The position numbers and the translations under genes were made by a program. A DNA stretch of 35,415 bases, taken from positions 812,069 through 847,483 of the forward strand of contig NC_069006.1 of assembly GCF_001194135.2 (NCBI RefSeq), given 5' to 3'. Position 1 is the first letter of the stretch. Every line of letters begins with the position of its first letter. This document shows, piece by piece, positions 21,988-33,763 of the stretch. The notes below the pieces were generated by a model, which searched no databases, had not been told where the DNA came from, and was given only the letters and a program-made list of their open reading frames with translations. This DNA comes from Octopus bimaculoides (lineage: Eukaryota).

Positions 21988-22449
21988 TTGTTTCAGAATC
22001 GCTTGTTTATGTAGTCGGGCACTTAATGTATATCGGCTGAATGGACGTCAGTGATTGGTTGAAATTACAGAAATACGACAACTTTAACATGGAATAACTT
22101 AGGGATTTCTTTTTTTTTTAAGAAGACTAAGAGAAAAAAGATGTTTTATATGACACATTCTACCAGTGTTCCAGGTTTCAAAGTGTTTTGTTAATGAAAA
22201 ATGTGGCCCCCGTTTTAAAAAAGATCCATACTCTGTGTTAAGGATGGCTACTGTCCACCTAGGAGTAAAGTAGGAATATGTGTGAAGCAAAGTTGACTCT
22301 GGAAGGATTTGAACTCAAAATGAAGAAGCAATGCAAATAATGCTTAGCAATTATTTAAAATCTTTCTTTTTTCAGTGATAATATTTTAAAGATTTTGCCT
22401 ATCCACCACTATTAACACAACAACAACAATAATTCTTACACAATTGTGG

Positions 22450-22575
22450 ATGAGTGGTTATAGTCCTGGGTTCAATTCCACAGCAGGATAACTTGAGTGA
22501 GTGTCTTTCTACACTAGCACTGGGCCAACCAAAGCCACAGAAGAGGATTTGGGAGACAAAAACTAAAAGAAGCCT
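22450..22575 (+). mobile_element. SINE family A head
   Basis: cctgggttcaattccac...gagtgagtgtctttctac...gccaaccaaagcc. Confidence 0.6.
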
Positions 22576-22689
22576 GTTGTATATGTACGTACGTACGTAC
22601 ATGTATATANNNNNNNNNNNNNNNNNNNNNTATATATATATATATATGTTTGTGTATGTGTGCACATGCATGGACACACTTGCATCTTG

Positions 22690-22920
22690 GCGTCATGTGA
22701 TAATTGCAAGTAAGCATCACCAAAAGACAAGTGATGCTGATCATTTCAAGTCCTTTGTATACAACGTGTTTGGCCATAGGAAGAAAAAGGAAAAGACTTT
22801 GCTTGGAAAACTGGTGAGGGATGACGAAATGAAGGGCATCAAGTTGCAGAGAAATCTGCTTCAAGAAATTACGTCAGATTCAGGCAAGCACGGAAAAGCG
22901 GATGCCACAGTGATAATGAA
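22690..22920 (+). mobile_element. Degenerate SINE-like element with RTE-type tail
   Basis: gaagggcatc...gcaagcacggaaaagcggatg; body matches the reverse complement of 19740-19940. Confidence 0.55.
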
Positions 22921-24326
22921 AACTCTCACCCAATGGATAAAACCATGGTTGTCTTTGCTGAGATTTGAACTCAATACATAAGATAGCCACAACGAATATT
23001 TGCAAAGCAGTTTGTCAACTGGTCCAACAGTTCCATCAAGGCACCACCTCGAGTGTATCAGGATGTATTGCTTTGAGGAAAATTTAGCTGTTATTTCTAG
23101 CTCATCATGCAGTAGTAGTAGTGGTGATAGTAGTAGTAGTGGTGATAGTAGTAGTAGTAACAGCAGTAGTAGTTGTAATGGTGGTGGTGGTGGTGGTGGT
23201 GGCAGTGATTGTGGTAGATCCTACATGGGCTGATCAGTCCCGATCTTGTAGACATATGAATCTATGATTAACAACTGACTTTCCGACCACGACCATCCTG
23301 TCTGACATCCAGATATCGTTGAATCTAGGATTGCATTATTGATTAAAAGCATCCTTTTGTTACATTCATTCTTTTTTTTCAATTATGACATTGGGGCTTA
23401 TCATGACTCGAGAGAAGGAGACTTGGTTGCTATTTCTAGCAGACAGAAGCAGCAGCAGTAGTAGTAGTAGTAGTAATAGTAGCAGCAGCAGCAGTGGCAT
23501 CATTTAACCGAGGTGTTTAACTTATGTGATTCGAGGGAGAGGTATTTGCTTGTGGTTTACATCGGGACAAGTTACGGTGTAGGGGCCTCCCTTGTCAACT
23601 GTGGTCAGTCGGTCGATCGGTCGGTCAGTCAATTGGTCAGTGTCCATCATCTGTCTGTCGGCTGGTTGTTTAGCTGAGATATAGAAGTTCGTTAGTCAGG
23701 TTTGTTGGTTTGATACATACAACATCTTTATCAATCAGAAACATACAAATAACAATAATAATAATAATAATAATGATAAAAGGAAAAAAGGGGGGGAGGA
23801 GGGGGAACTAAAATGTACCATACTCTCAGAAATATAAAAACAATAATTACCAAAATGAGTAATAAAAAAAAAAACAACAAAAACCAAAGATATGAAAAGC
23901 AAGAAGTGAGGGAGGGGTGGTGGGAGGACGAACGTGAGGAACAGGAACTATAGACATTTAGCAATCCAATCAATACACAGACACACAGACAGACATATAA
24001 ATACACATATACAAACACACACGTTTACAAATACGCACGTGCACACACCTACACACAGGGCTATATATGTACACACACACCAACACGTCTTATAGATCGA
24101 CACAGACGTACACATACACACACAAACACACACACATATACACAATGGCACTGACTGACACACACATCCACAAGCATGGACACATGGCCACACACAGAAA
24201 TATATATGCGCTGATATATACACAACACAAACATGCATATATACAAACACGTACATATATATACACACACACATGTATATATACATATACACACAAGCAT
24301 ACATGCACACACGTATGTTGCACACA

Positions 24327-24364
<38 letters not shown>

Positions 24365-25671
24365 NNNNNNNNNNACACACACACACATATATACATACAC
24401 ACACAGTATATACACACATACTAGGGCACCAACACTAAACAGCACAAATACCAATATACACACAAATATGTATATAGAAAAAAATCATCTCTCATACACA
24501 CACACACACATACACAGGGGCATGAGCACAGACACACACACACACAGGCATGAGCACATAGACACACACACACACACACACACACACAGAGAATATATAC
24601 AGTATAAAGCCAATCAATAGACACAAAAATCAATAGCTTAGATGGGGCTTGCATGGATGGTGTGGTGGTGGCGAAATGTGTGGCAGTGTTTGTCATGGAA
24701 GGAGAGGGGAACAACTCTAGCATCAACAACAACAACAGCAATAAAAAATCAAGGAGAACTGGAAAAGCAATTATCAAAAATGAAAAATTAGTTTCAGAAT
24801 TTCTTATGTATGTCTGTCTTCCATATATATATATATGTGTGTATAGATATATATCCACCCACTACTTATATACATTTATACATGAGTACATATACACACA
24901 CAAACATATATATACATACTTATATAATATATACATCCCCCCACAACATGCATACATGAATGTGTGTGTGTAGAAAAGAAGAAGGACTTGTATTTCTCGT
25001 GTATCTGTCTGACAAAATATTCAGCTTCATTGTGCATGTTGCATTTATGAGATGCAGTTGAGGATTGCATTTATTGTGTGACATCACGCTGTTACCAAAT
25101 ACTGAAACATATGTAGCATTAAATAAAGGTGAACCCTTACTGATGTGCTAATTATATTATGTCACAGCCCTCATCAGACTGCGTAAAACCTCGTGGGATT
25201 CTGCAATGGTGCGAGTTCACTCTGATTAGCAACAAGACACAAAATCTGAACAATAAAATTGTCATGCACAGAGTGCATTCAATCATATTGCATATGTGTG
25301 TGTGTGTGTGTGTGTAAGTACAGCAAGAGCACTAAAGAAGCCAACTATGTTGATCAAAAAAGAAAAAAAAAAAAGGTTAGATGTTTAGTATCAAAATATT
25401 TTTACGTTTTTCTTTCCCTCGAGTGTGTATATCTTTTTCTTTTGCAAGACTCCGTATATATGAAAGGAACCACTTTTAATGTCTGGACTAAAATACAAGA
25501 GACAACAAACTTGAGTGGCTTCACCTGAGAAACATAAGAAATCTTCAAATGTTGAATTTCTGGGTTTGTCTTAAGATCTAGAAAGTTTCGGTTGTTTATA
25601 GTTCCTTAGACTTTAGCTTCAATATAGGTGGGAATTTTAGCCAAAACTTAGGAATCCCCAATTTTTCTTTC

Positions 25672-25704
<33 letters not shown>

Positions 25705-25731
25705 ATCTATATATATATATATATATATATA

Positions 25732-25858
25732 CAGGGTGTCCACAAAGTCTGAGTACATGGAGTAAATAAAATCATAACATAAACAATTAAATATAAGAAA
25801 TAATAATTTCTTAAGGTATGTGTTAATCCCCGTGTACCCAGACTTTGTGGACACCCTG
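25732..25858. mobile_element. Tc1/mariner-like MITE (127 bp) in (TA)n
   Basis: TIR CAGGGTGTCCACAAAGTCTG(A/G)GTACA(T/C)GG, 29 bp with 2 mismatches; TA on both flanks. Confidence 0.85.
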
Positions 25859-25884
<26 letters not shown>

Positions 25885-25889
<5 letters not shown>

Positions 25890-26070
25890 CTAGATAAAAA
25901 GTATCTTTGGTGATGCTATGCACAAAGCACCCAGTACACTCTGTAAAGTGTTTGGTGTTAGGAAGGGCATCCAATCATAGAAACCGTTGCAGTCATATGA
26001 CTTGTCAGCTCTTGTCAACCCATCAAACCGTTACCAGTAAGGAAACCAGGTGTTAAATGATGATGGTGAA
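25885..26070 (+). mobile_element. Short element with RTE-type 3' tail
   Basis: gcacccagtacactctgtaaagtgtttggtgttaggaagggcatcc...gttaaatgatgatg. Confidence 0.65.
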
Positions 26071-26593
26071 GAGGAGGAGGAGGAGGATGTGAATGTATAG
26101 GTCAGAGAACTGACTCAGATTTAGTGACACTCAACAGATGGTAACCAACCAACCAACCGATTGCTGAACACAGCAGCTCCATGACAGAAAAAAAAAAGCA
26201 GAGGGGGTACGGATGGTTTCAAGATTTTACCCCACATTCTAAGGAAAGATAGAGAGGTGTTGGTCTGGACTGGTAATGTACAAAACAGTTTTTTTGCCAA
26301 AATAGAAGATTCTAGTTTACTTATAAGAGACACACCTCGGGAACACAGGACAAAAGTAGATTATATATGTGGTGCTCCAGCATGGCCGCAGTCAAATGAC
26401 TGAAGTAAAAGAATAAAAGAATATATATATATATATATTATGCATGAGTCTATATGAGGGGTTCTCTCAAGGTAAATAACTCAGTAGTACGTGTTCTAAC
26501 AGAACCTCCACATTAAGTTGGAGATCAAGATTATTTTTTGCTATTATGACTGTTTCTATCTGTCACACACACACACACACACATACACACACA

Positions 26594-26820
26594 CAGGGTG
26601 TGGCAGAAGTAGTGCCCTTTTGTATGTCAATCATGTTGTTCTGATGAAACAATACTTGATAAAAATTTCCTACAACTTCTGCGATTTTTGTCATTAGTTT
26701 ATTGTTCGTTTCTTTAAGTAATGCAATAAATTTGTGTTAAAAAAAAAAATTACTCAATAAATATTTATATACTATAAAATTCATTAAATACAAAAAGGGT
26801 GTTATTTCTGCCACACCCGG
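26594..26820. mobile_element. Tc1/mariner-like MITE (227 bp), older
   Basis: Left CAGGGTGTGGCAGAAGTAGTGCCCTTTTG versus right (rc) CCGGGTGTGGCAGAAATAACACCCTTTTTG; TA on the right flank, (CA)n on the left. Confidence 0.75.
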
Positions 26821-26999
26821 TATATATACGTGTGTGTGTGTGTGTATATATATATAAATATATATATCATCATCATCATCAGCATTAAATGATGATGATG
26901 TATGTGAGAGAGAGAAAGGGTGAAAAGGAGAGGGTTAGATATGGCTGGTTGGTTAAAAATTTCACATTGCGACTATGTGTTTCAACTCTTGGAGATGTT

Positions 27000-27235
27000 C
27001 CATGTAATGAATATTTAGAAGTTTGTGCAAATGGAAAATTCAGAATATTTTCTTTTTACAAAATAAAACAAGAAAATGATTAACTACGAAAGGCAAAAGA
27101 ACAATTTAAAAGAATTCTAAATCGTAAACTAAGTCGGAAATGTTCAACACCACTACTAAAAGCAACTTCCTCTATACAGATTCACCATAACAAGTGTGTT
27201 TGAAAAGCTGTAAGCAGAGAAAGCTCTTAACACAA
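27000..27235 (+). mobile_element. Penelope-like ORF C-terminal relic followed by a decayed hammerhead
   Basis: PCNEYLEVCANGKFRIFSFYKIKQEND*LRKAKEQFKRILNRKL (C...F.IF.FYK....R..KE..F...L pattern); ttgaaaa-GCTG-taag-CAGA-GAAAGCTC at 27200-27226. Confidence 0.55.
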
Positions 27236-27430
27236 TACAAAAATTCCCTCCAAAAGGTTCATGTTATTCTGTTTTTTAAAGATTTCTATATGATTAATAA
27301 TTTATAATTTAAGAAAATCTTCAAATATATATATATTTACATGTGTGTATGTGTATAAATGCATACATATATGCACATATACATAGATGTATGTATATAT
27401 GTATTGATATATATATATATATGCATATTA

Positions 27431-27464
<34 letters not shown>

Positions 27465-28429
27465 GTATTTTTGCATACATGCAGACTTACTGATAGGCAG
27501 ATGCCTTCATCGATGTATAGGAAGAATTAACACCATTCCACCACCACCACCACCTAACTCCCTGCCTCCCCCCCACCAACACTCACCATATCTCCTCCAT
27601 CCCCCCCTTGTTCTTCGATTCCTGCTTCGCTTCCACCCTCTACCACTCAGCACACTTAACCACCCCNNNNNNNNNNNNNNNNNNNNNNNNNNNNNNNNNN
27701 NNNNNNNNNNNNNNNNNNNNNNNNNNNNNNNNNNNNNNNNNNNNNNNNNNNNNNNNNNNNNNNNNNNNNNNNNNNNNNNNNNNNNNNNNNNNNNNNNNNN
27801 NNNNNNNNNNNNNNNNNNNNNNNNNNNNNNNNNNNNNNNNNNNNNNNNNNNNNNNNNNNNNNNNNNNNNNNNNNNNNNNNNNNNNNNNNNNNNNNNNNNN
27901 NNNNNNNNNNNNNNNNNNNNNNNNNNNNNNNNNNNNNNNNNNNNNNNNNNNNNNNNNNNNNNNNNNNNNNNNNNNNNNNNNNNNNNNNNNNNNNNNNNNN
28001 NNNNNNNNNNNNNNNNNNNNNNNNNNNNNNNNNNNNNNNNNNNNNNNNNNNNNNNNNNNNNNNNNNNNNNNNNNNNNNNNNNNNNNNNNNNNNNNNNNNN
28101 NNNNNNNNNNNNNNNNNGGGTGGGTGGGGGTGGCGGCGGAGGAGGAGGAATATGTGTGTCTGTGTGTCTCTCTAACTCTCCTGTTTGTTGTTGATGTTGT
28201 TTGTGTGTGTGTGTGTGTGCTGTGCATGTGCGCTGTTGCATGCATGTTGCTGGTTTGTATATACGAGTGGTATGATGCGTGAGAGTGTGTATGTGTGATT
28301 GTGTGTGTGTGTGTGTGTATGTGTATCTGTATCTAAACGTGTTTGTGGTGTGTTTATGTAGGTGTATGCATGTGCACGTAAATGATGCGTTGTGTGTGTT
28401 GTCGGCGTTTGTAGTGTATGTGTGTGTAT

Positions 28430-28712
28430 GTGTGGTTAAGCATGTGTATGTGTGCGTATGTGTGTGTATATGTGGTTAAACGTGTATGATGTGTGTGTGT
28501 GTGTATATGTGGTTAAACATGGGTATGTGTGGTTAAGCGTGTGTATGTGTGTGTATATGTATGTGTGGTTAAGCGTGCATATGATGTATGCGTATGTGTG
28601 TGGTTAAGCGTGTGTACGATGCGTGTATGTGTGTGTATATGTGGTTAAGCGTGTGTATGATGTGCACGTGTCTATGGTTAAGCATGCGTGTGTGCATATG
28701 TGGTTAAGCTTG
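28430..28712 (+). repeat. Degenerate minisatellite, 9 copies of (g)tggttaa(g/a) in a (TG/TA) background
   Basis: ggttaa cores at about 28434, 28474, 28511, 28531, 28567, 28602, 28643, 28676 and 28702. Confidence 0.8.
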
Positions 28713-29365
28713 TGTATGATGCGTGTGTATTATGTGTGTGTGTGTGAAATTATACATCTGTATGACGTGTATGTGCAGTTATCTGTGTATGAGACGTGTG
28801 TATACATGTGTGTGTATCTGTATCTAAACATGTTTGTATGTGTGTTTAGATACATGTGAGTGTGTATATGTGTATAGCTGGTTCTCTCTCTCTCTCTCNN
28901 NNNNNNNNNNNNNNNNNNNNNNNNNNNNNNNNNNNNNNNNNNNNNNNNNNNNNNNNNNNNNNNNNNNNNNNNNNNNNNNNNNNNNNNNNNNNNNNNNNNN
29001 NNNNNNNNNNNNNNNNNNNNNNNNNNNNNNNNNNNNNNNNTATATATATATATATATATTATAAATATACAGGGATTAGCAATTGAGTTGCTTCTCCAAC
29101 ATACTGAAAATTTAGAAATAGCAGTCAAAGAACTACTGATTCCAAACTACAAATTTTTCTCCAAAATGGATGGCGATATTTATGGCACACATAGAACAAA
29201 AGACCGGAGGGAAAAGCGTAAACAAACCAAATGTGTGTGTGGGGGGCATAATGTTTGTGTGTGAGGATTTGTACATTATGCATGTGTATATGTATGCATA
29301 TACATATTTACACACATGTGCATGTGTGTATGTGTGTCGCTATTGTATTTTGAGACTCAGTGTTG

Positions 29366-29400
<35 letters not shown>

Positions 29401-29451
29401 CAATGTGTACATGTTTTTATGCAGATTTCGGTGTTTATATAGATATGTCTA

Positions 29452-29485
<34 letters not shown>

Positions 29486-29767
29486 GGTTTGTGTATTATA
29501 TATACATGTTTGTGTATCATATATACATGCCTGCATTTACACATGTGTGTATGTTTGGATATGTGTGTATGTGTGTGTGTGTGTGGATGCATACAAGCTC
29601 CATGTTCTTATTTTAGCAATATGAATTTCCAAACATGTACTAATAATAAACATACATATATACACACAAGAAAATCTATCTTTTAATGAAAAGAAGACAG
29701 AAAAAGAAGATGACAATATTTGGAATATGAACCGGAGATAGTATTCAAGGTCTTCGATAGGATGCAG

Positions 29768-29800
<33 letters not shown>

Positions 29801-29835
29801 AATATATGCAACATACATATACAAATATATATGTA

Positions 29836-29873
<38 letters not shown>

Positions 29874-29969
29874 CATACATATATACATACATATCAATAT
29901 AAACATATACATATTTATATACCCAGAGAGAGTATGAGCAGGAAGGCATTTGAAGGGGTTTGATTACAA

Positions 29970-30125
29970 GCATAGCCATGTGGTTAAGAAGCTTACTTAG
30001 GAAGTATGAGATGTGTAGTGGTTCAGTCCCACTACACATAACCTCAGGTAAGTGTCTTCTGCTATAGTTCATGACTGACCAATGCCTTCTGGTTGAATTT
30101 AGCAGACAGAAGCTGTGTGGAAGTT
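29970..30125 (+). mobile_element. SINE family A head
   Basis: atgtggttaagaagctt...ggttcagtcccac...cctcaggtaagtgtcttc. Confidence 0.7.
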
Positions 30126-30304
30126 CATGATATATATATATATATATATATATAGATAGATAGATAGATGATCGCAACTGTCTGACAAACTCTGAGTAAC
30201 AGTTTGTGAAGTTATTTTTGGTTTCAATAAAAAGCATAGCCCTCTATCTTTGGTATTCGAGTACTAATTTTCCCACTCCGTTTTGCATTTATGTGCTTAC
30301 TTGT

Positions 30305-30357
<53 letters not shown>

Positions 30358-30409
30358 TGTTCGCTATGTTGGGCTATTGAACTCAACATGTTTTTTCCTT
30401 CTCTCTCTC

Positions 30410-30543
30410 TAGTTCTCTTTATTCCTTTCTGTTGAAGAGTGTAGGTTCAAAATGCAAAAGACTTCTCCATTTCCCCAAGAGTCAAACTAACACATTTGCT
30501 GGTTATTCCTACACCTGTCTTTGTCTTTTTCCATAAACTTGAA

Positions 30544-30545
<2 letters not shown>
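30410..30545 (+). mobile_element. PLE-type terminal fragment with decayed hammerhead
   Basis: ttct-gTTGAAGA-GT-gtag-GTTC-AAAAT-GC-aaaag: same layout as 7536-7569 with multiple transitions. Confidence 0.4.
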
Positions 30546-30577
<32 letters not shown>

Positions 30578-31134
30578 TCACAATATATGGATCTAAGTAA
30601 TCCAGTGGCCTTAATGGATAGTTGGCCTTTGTAATAATTGTGTTATGAACTCCATTGTAAAATGGAGCTGTTCTGTGATGTACACAACAGTGACTAACAT
30701 GTTTGTGTTTGAATCTGCCAGAAGGAACCAAGTATAGATCCACAAATCATCATTTCAGATTTTAGCATGGAAAGTGGACGTTAAACGATGATGATGATGA
30801 TGATTATCATTATTATCATTATTATTATTAATCATTTCTACAAAAGACAAAATGCCTCAAATTGACTCCAAAAGGATAAAAGACAAAGCCAGCCTTGGCA
30901 GAAACTGAACCCAGAACCTTGTGGTTATGCACTTTGTCTGGTGTGCTACCAGTTCTGCCAGCTTGCTGACACAGATATATATAGACACACACACACACAC
31001 ACACATACTTGCATTTATTTACAGTAAGGGTGTGGTGGGTGTGTACAAACCAGCAATTCTCAACTGTGGCCCCCTCCAGCTTCCTTCTGGCAGCCCTCGA
31101 TGGTCTTCCCACAATAAATATAATAAATTTTTCT

Positions 31135-31525
31135 TTAACCCTTTAACATTCAGATCCCTCTCTGTCAAATGTAAAGCCTATTCATTCACATTATTTTGAA
31201 TTAATCCTGTATTATCTCATAGCTTTGAGACTTCAATGATGTGATTGTGAGAGGCCAGAACTGGCTGGTCGGACCATAAGATGGGTAAAATATCTGGGTC
31301 AGATATGGCTGGTTTAACCTTTTAGCATGCAGATTACTTCGTCAAATCTATTATTTATTTACTCACATTGTTTGGAATTAATCATGCATTATCTCAAAGC
31401 TTTGAGATTTCAATAATGTGATTGTTTAGTTTTAGAATGACATTGTGGAGTAGGTGCGAGAGGCCAGAACCAGTCAAAGAATATTTGGGCTGGATATGGT
31501 CAGTTTATAAATGCTAAAGGGTTAA
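31135..31525 (+). mobile_element. Two abutting piggyBac-like MITE copies
   Basis: TTAA-CCCTTTAACATTCAGA at 31135; TTAA-CCTTTTAGCATGCAGA at 31314; ATGCTAAAGGG-TTAA at 31511-31525; the internal sequences of the two copies are homologous. Confidence 0.75.
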
Positions 31526-32645
31526 TGGACTTGTTTTATTTTTTTTTATGTGGACCCCTGAAAAAATCAATCCATGTTTTGGATCTGGTCTGGATATTAA
31601 GAATGTTGAGATCCATCGGTACGAATGCTGCAGCTACAATTTAATGAGTGATTAACGAGATACCTGTGATAGGCAAATGGACATTAAATACGTGATGATG
31701 CAAAGACAAGTGGGCTGATGACAGCAATAAGGGTTCTATACCCTTGAGGAGTGATAGAGAGAGGAGGGTGGTGGTGGATAGGCAGGTGTTAAAATGTAGG
31801 GGTTGTTATAGAAAGTGATGGAGAATGCTTATCTTTAATGTTATGAGGAGGATCGTCGTAAGTGCCATTGTAACGATCACCATCATCATAACTATTGTCA
31901 ATGAACACATTCAGAAGTGCCATTATCATCATCATCATCACCACCACCATTATCAGCATTAATAAAACAGCACAGTTATTATTGTCATCACCATCACAAC
32001 CACCGCCACTCCCAACACCACCCCCATCACCGTCACCAACCTTATCACCATCATTACATCATCATGATCCTTTTCCATCGTCATCATCTCAAATACAGCA
32101 GATTCATCATCACAAATGCTATCACCGGATCCGTCATCATCATCGTCATCACCACCACACTCATCATCATCATCACAAGTACAACCATGAGATTCATCAT
32201 GATCACCACCATCACCATCATCATCATCAATAACATCAGCACAACCTGCATCAAACACCACCACCACCACTTTCAGCAGCAACCATCACCACAACCACCA
32301 CCATCATCATCATCATCATCATCATCAATACCACCATCGCAACCATATCAAACACCACCACCACCACCATCACCACCACTGCCACCACCACCACCTTTGT
32401 CGACATCGTCATCATTGTTGTCAGGAAACAACACCTTAATGGTATTGCACAACAAACGCTAACGACCCCATGGCGTGCCAGCTAACCCGAAACACCAACA
32501 AGCGCAGCTGGTGCTAAGTGCATCATCGTGTGCAGTTTAACAGTTGCAACTATGCAGAGGAGAACGGTGCATTGATTCTGTCAGTGAACAGGAATCATTG
32601 CCATCTCGGAGGGGAAATGATGCGGAGGAGAGACCTGCTGCTTAC

Positions 32646-32942
32646 TTGGAGTGGCTCCATTAACTGTACTAGAGATTGCAGTAGTGGCGGTAGTAGTAGT
32701 GGTGGTGACGGCAGTGGTAATGGTGGTGGTAGTAGTGACAGCAGTAGTGGTGGTGGTAGTAGGAACTGCAGTGGTGATGGTGGTGGTAGTAGTGACTGTA
32801 TTGGTGGTGGTGGCAGTGATTGTAATGGTGGTGGTGGTGGTGGTGGTGGTAGTAGTAGAAGTCTTAGTCGTAAATGTAGTGGTAGTAGTAGTAATTGTAG
32901 TAGTGGTGTTGGTTGTGGTTGCAATGGACTTGGTGGTGGTTT
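32646..32942 (-). CDS. Candidate Thr-rich (mucin-like) 297-nt phase-1/phase-1 exon; alternatively a mosaic microsatellite
   Basis: Acceptor ttttgcttgacttgctag|AA and donor CAA|gtaagc; 99 codons with no stop (ETTTKSIATTT...TAISSTVNGATP). The acceptor overlaps a local repeat motif. Confidence 0.3.
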
Positions 32943-33565
32943 CTAGCAAGTCAAGCAAAATTACATAGACAAGCCCCATGATGATGGTGATGGTGATGGT
33001 TATATCATCATCATCATCATCACCATCCTCACCATTATCACAACCGACATCACCAACACATTCGTGATGGTGATGGTGAAGAGGATGGTTAACTTCATAC
33101 AAATCCTACATTTTGGATAACTACTGGGTTCATGGCACAAGTTTGAAGGATAAGAGAGCAGCAGTGGCTCTACACAAACCATGCCAACCCCTAAAATAAT
33201 AAAAGCTTGCTGCCTTGTAAGGGTTAATATATTGAGCATTTAAAAAAGGCTCAGTGGGTAAACCTGATCAGAAAATCCAGGAGGGACCCTAAGGCAGATC
33301 TGTACAGTTATACGTGACCAACATTTACCATCCCCTGTGGCTCCGTGGATGCTGTAAATGCATTGACGTGTCTTTCCTTCATGACATATTCATGACTGGA
33401 AAAGTGCTAAGTCCACCTGGGGTTAGGCATTTGCTGCTGGAAACAGCCCAGGTACAGCAGAAGCAGTTAAGTTATTGTTTCTGCAATATTGTTGACTATG
33501 AAGAAAAAGACCAACCTTGCTCTTTTTCCTTCTTCTGGTTTGAACTTATCTTTGCATAAATATAA

Positions 33566-33763
33566 ATTAACTCAAATGGAGACAATATAGAGAAACTCCA
33601 TCAAAAACTAGCTTGTCTTTCAGACCATCTAACTTTCCTGTGTAGATGTAGAGACTCAAAGCTAATACCACCTGGCTTCAATATAACGACACCAGTGGGT
33701 TCATACAAAGCTAGAAGAGGAGTGGAAAGGGCAGGACATGCCCTCATCTGTCAGTTATCATAA
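33566..33763 (+). mobile_element. Penelope-like ORF N-terminal relic
   Basis: GDNIEKLHQKLACLSDHLTFLCRCRDSKLIPPGFNITTPVGSYKARRGVERAGHALI resembles the KLA..(N/D)H..FL.RCRD..LIP.G....P....A....RA...L motif of PLE ORF starts. Confidence 0.6.

Noticed and set aside
22454-22981. 175-aa ORF with protein-like composition
   Set aside because: It overlaps a SINE head, a gap and a degenerate RTE-tailed SINE; repeat-derived.
25150-25200. CTGATGA on the minus strand; also at 9818, 15992, 26640 and 31717 on plus
   Set aside because: No stem II followed by GAAA and no stem I/III pairing; not hammerheads.
25410-25524. Minus-strand segment after strong acceptor tttcttatgtttctcag| with two open frames
   Set aside because: Only a weak donor (AAC|gtaaaa) and no recognisable homology; insufficient support.
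28430-28712. Regularly spaced short repeats superficially like a CRISPR array; also the three repeats at 17812-18606
   Set aside because: Eukaryotic context, low-complexity or SINE-derived units, no unique spacers of constant length, no cas genes.
33329-33495. Minus-strand segment with strong acceptor and ATG|gtaaat donor
   Set aside because: Stops in all three frames.
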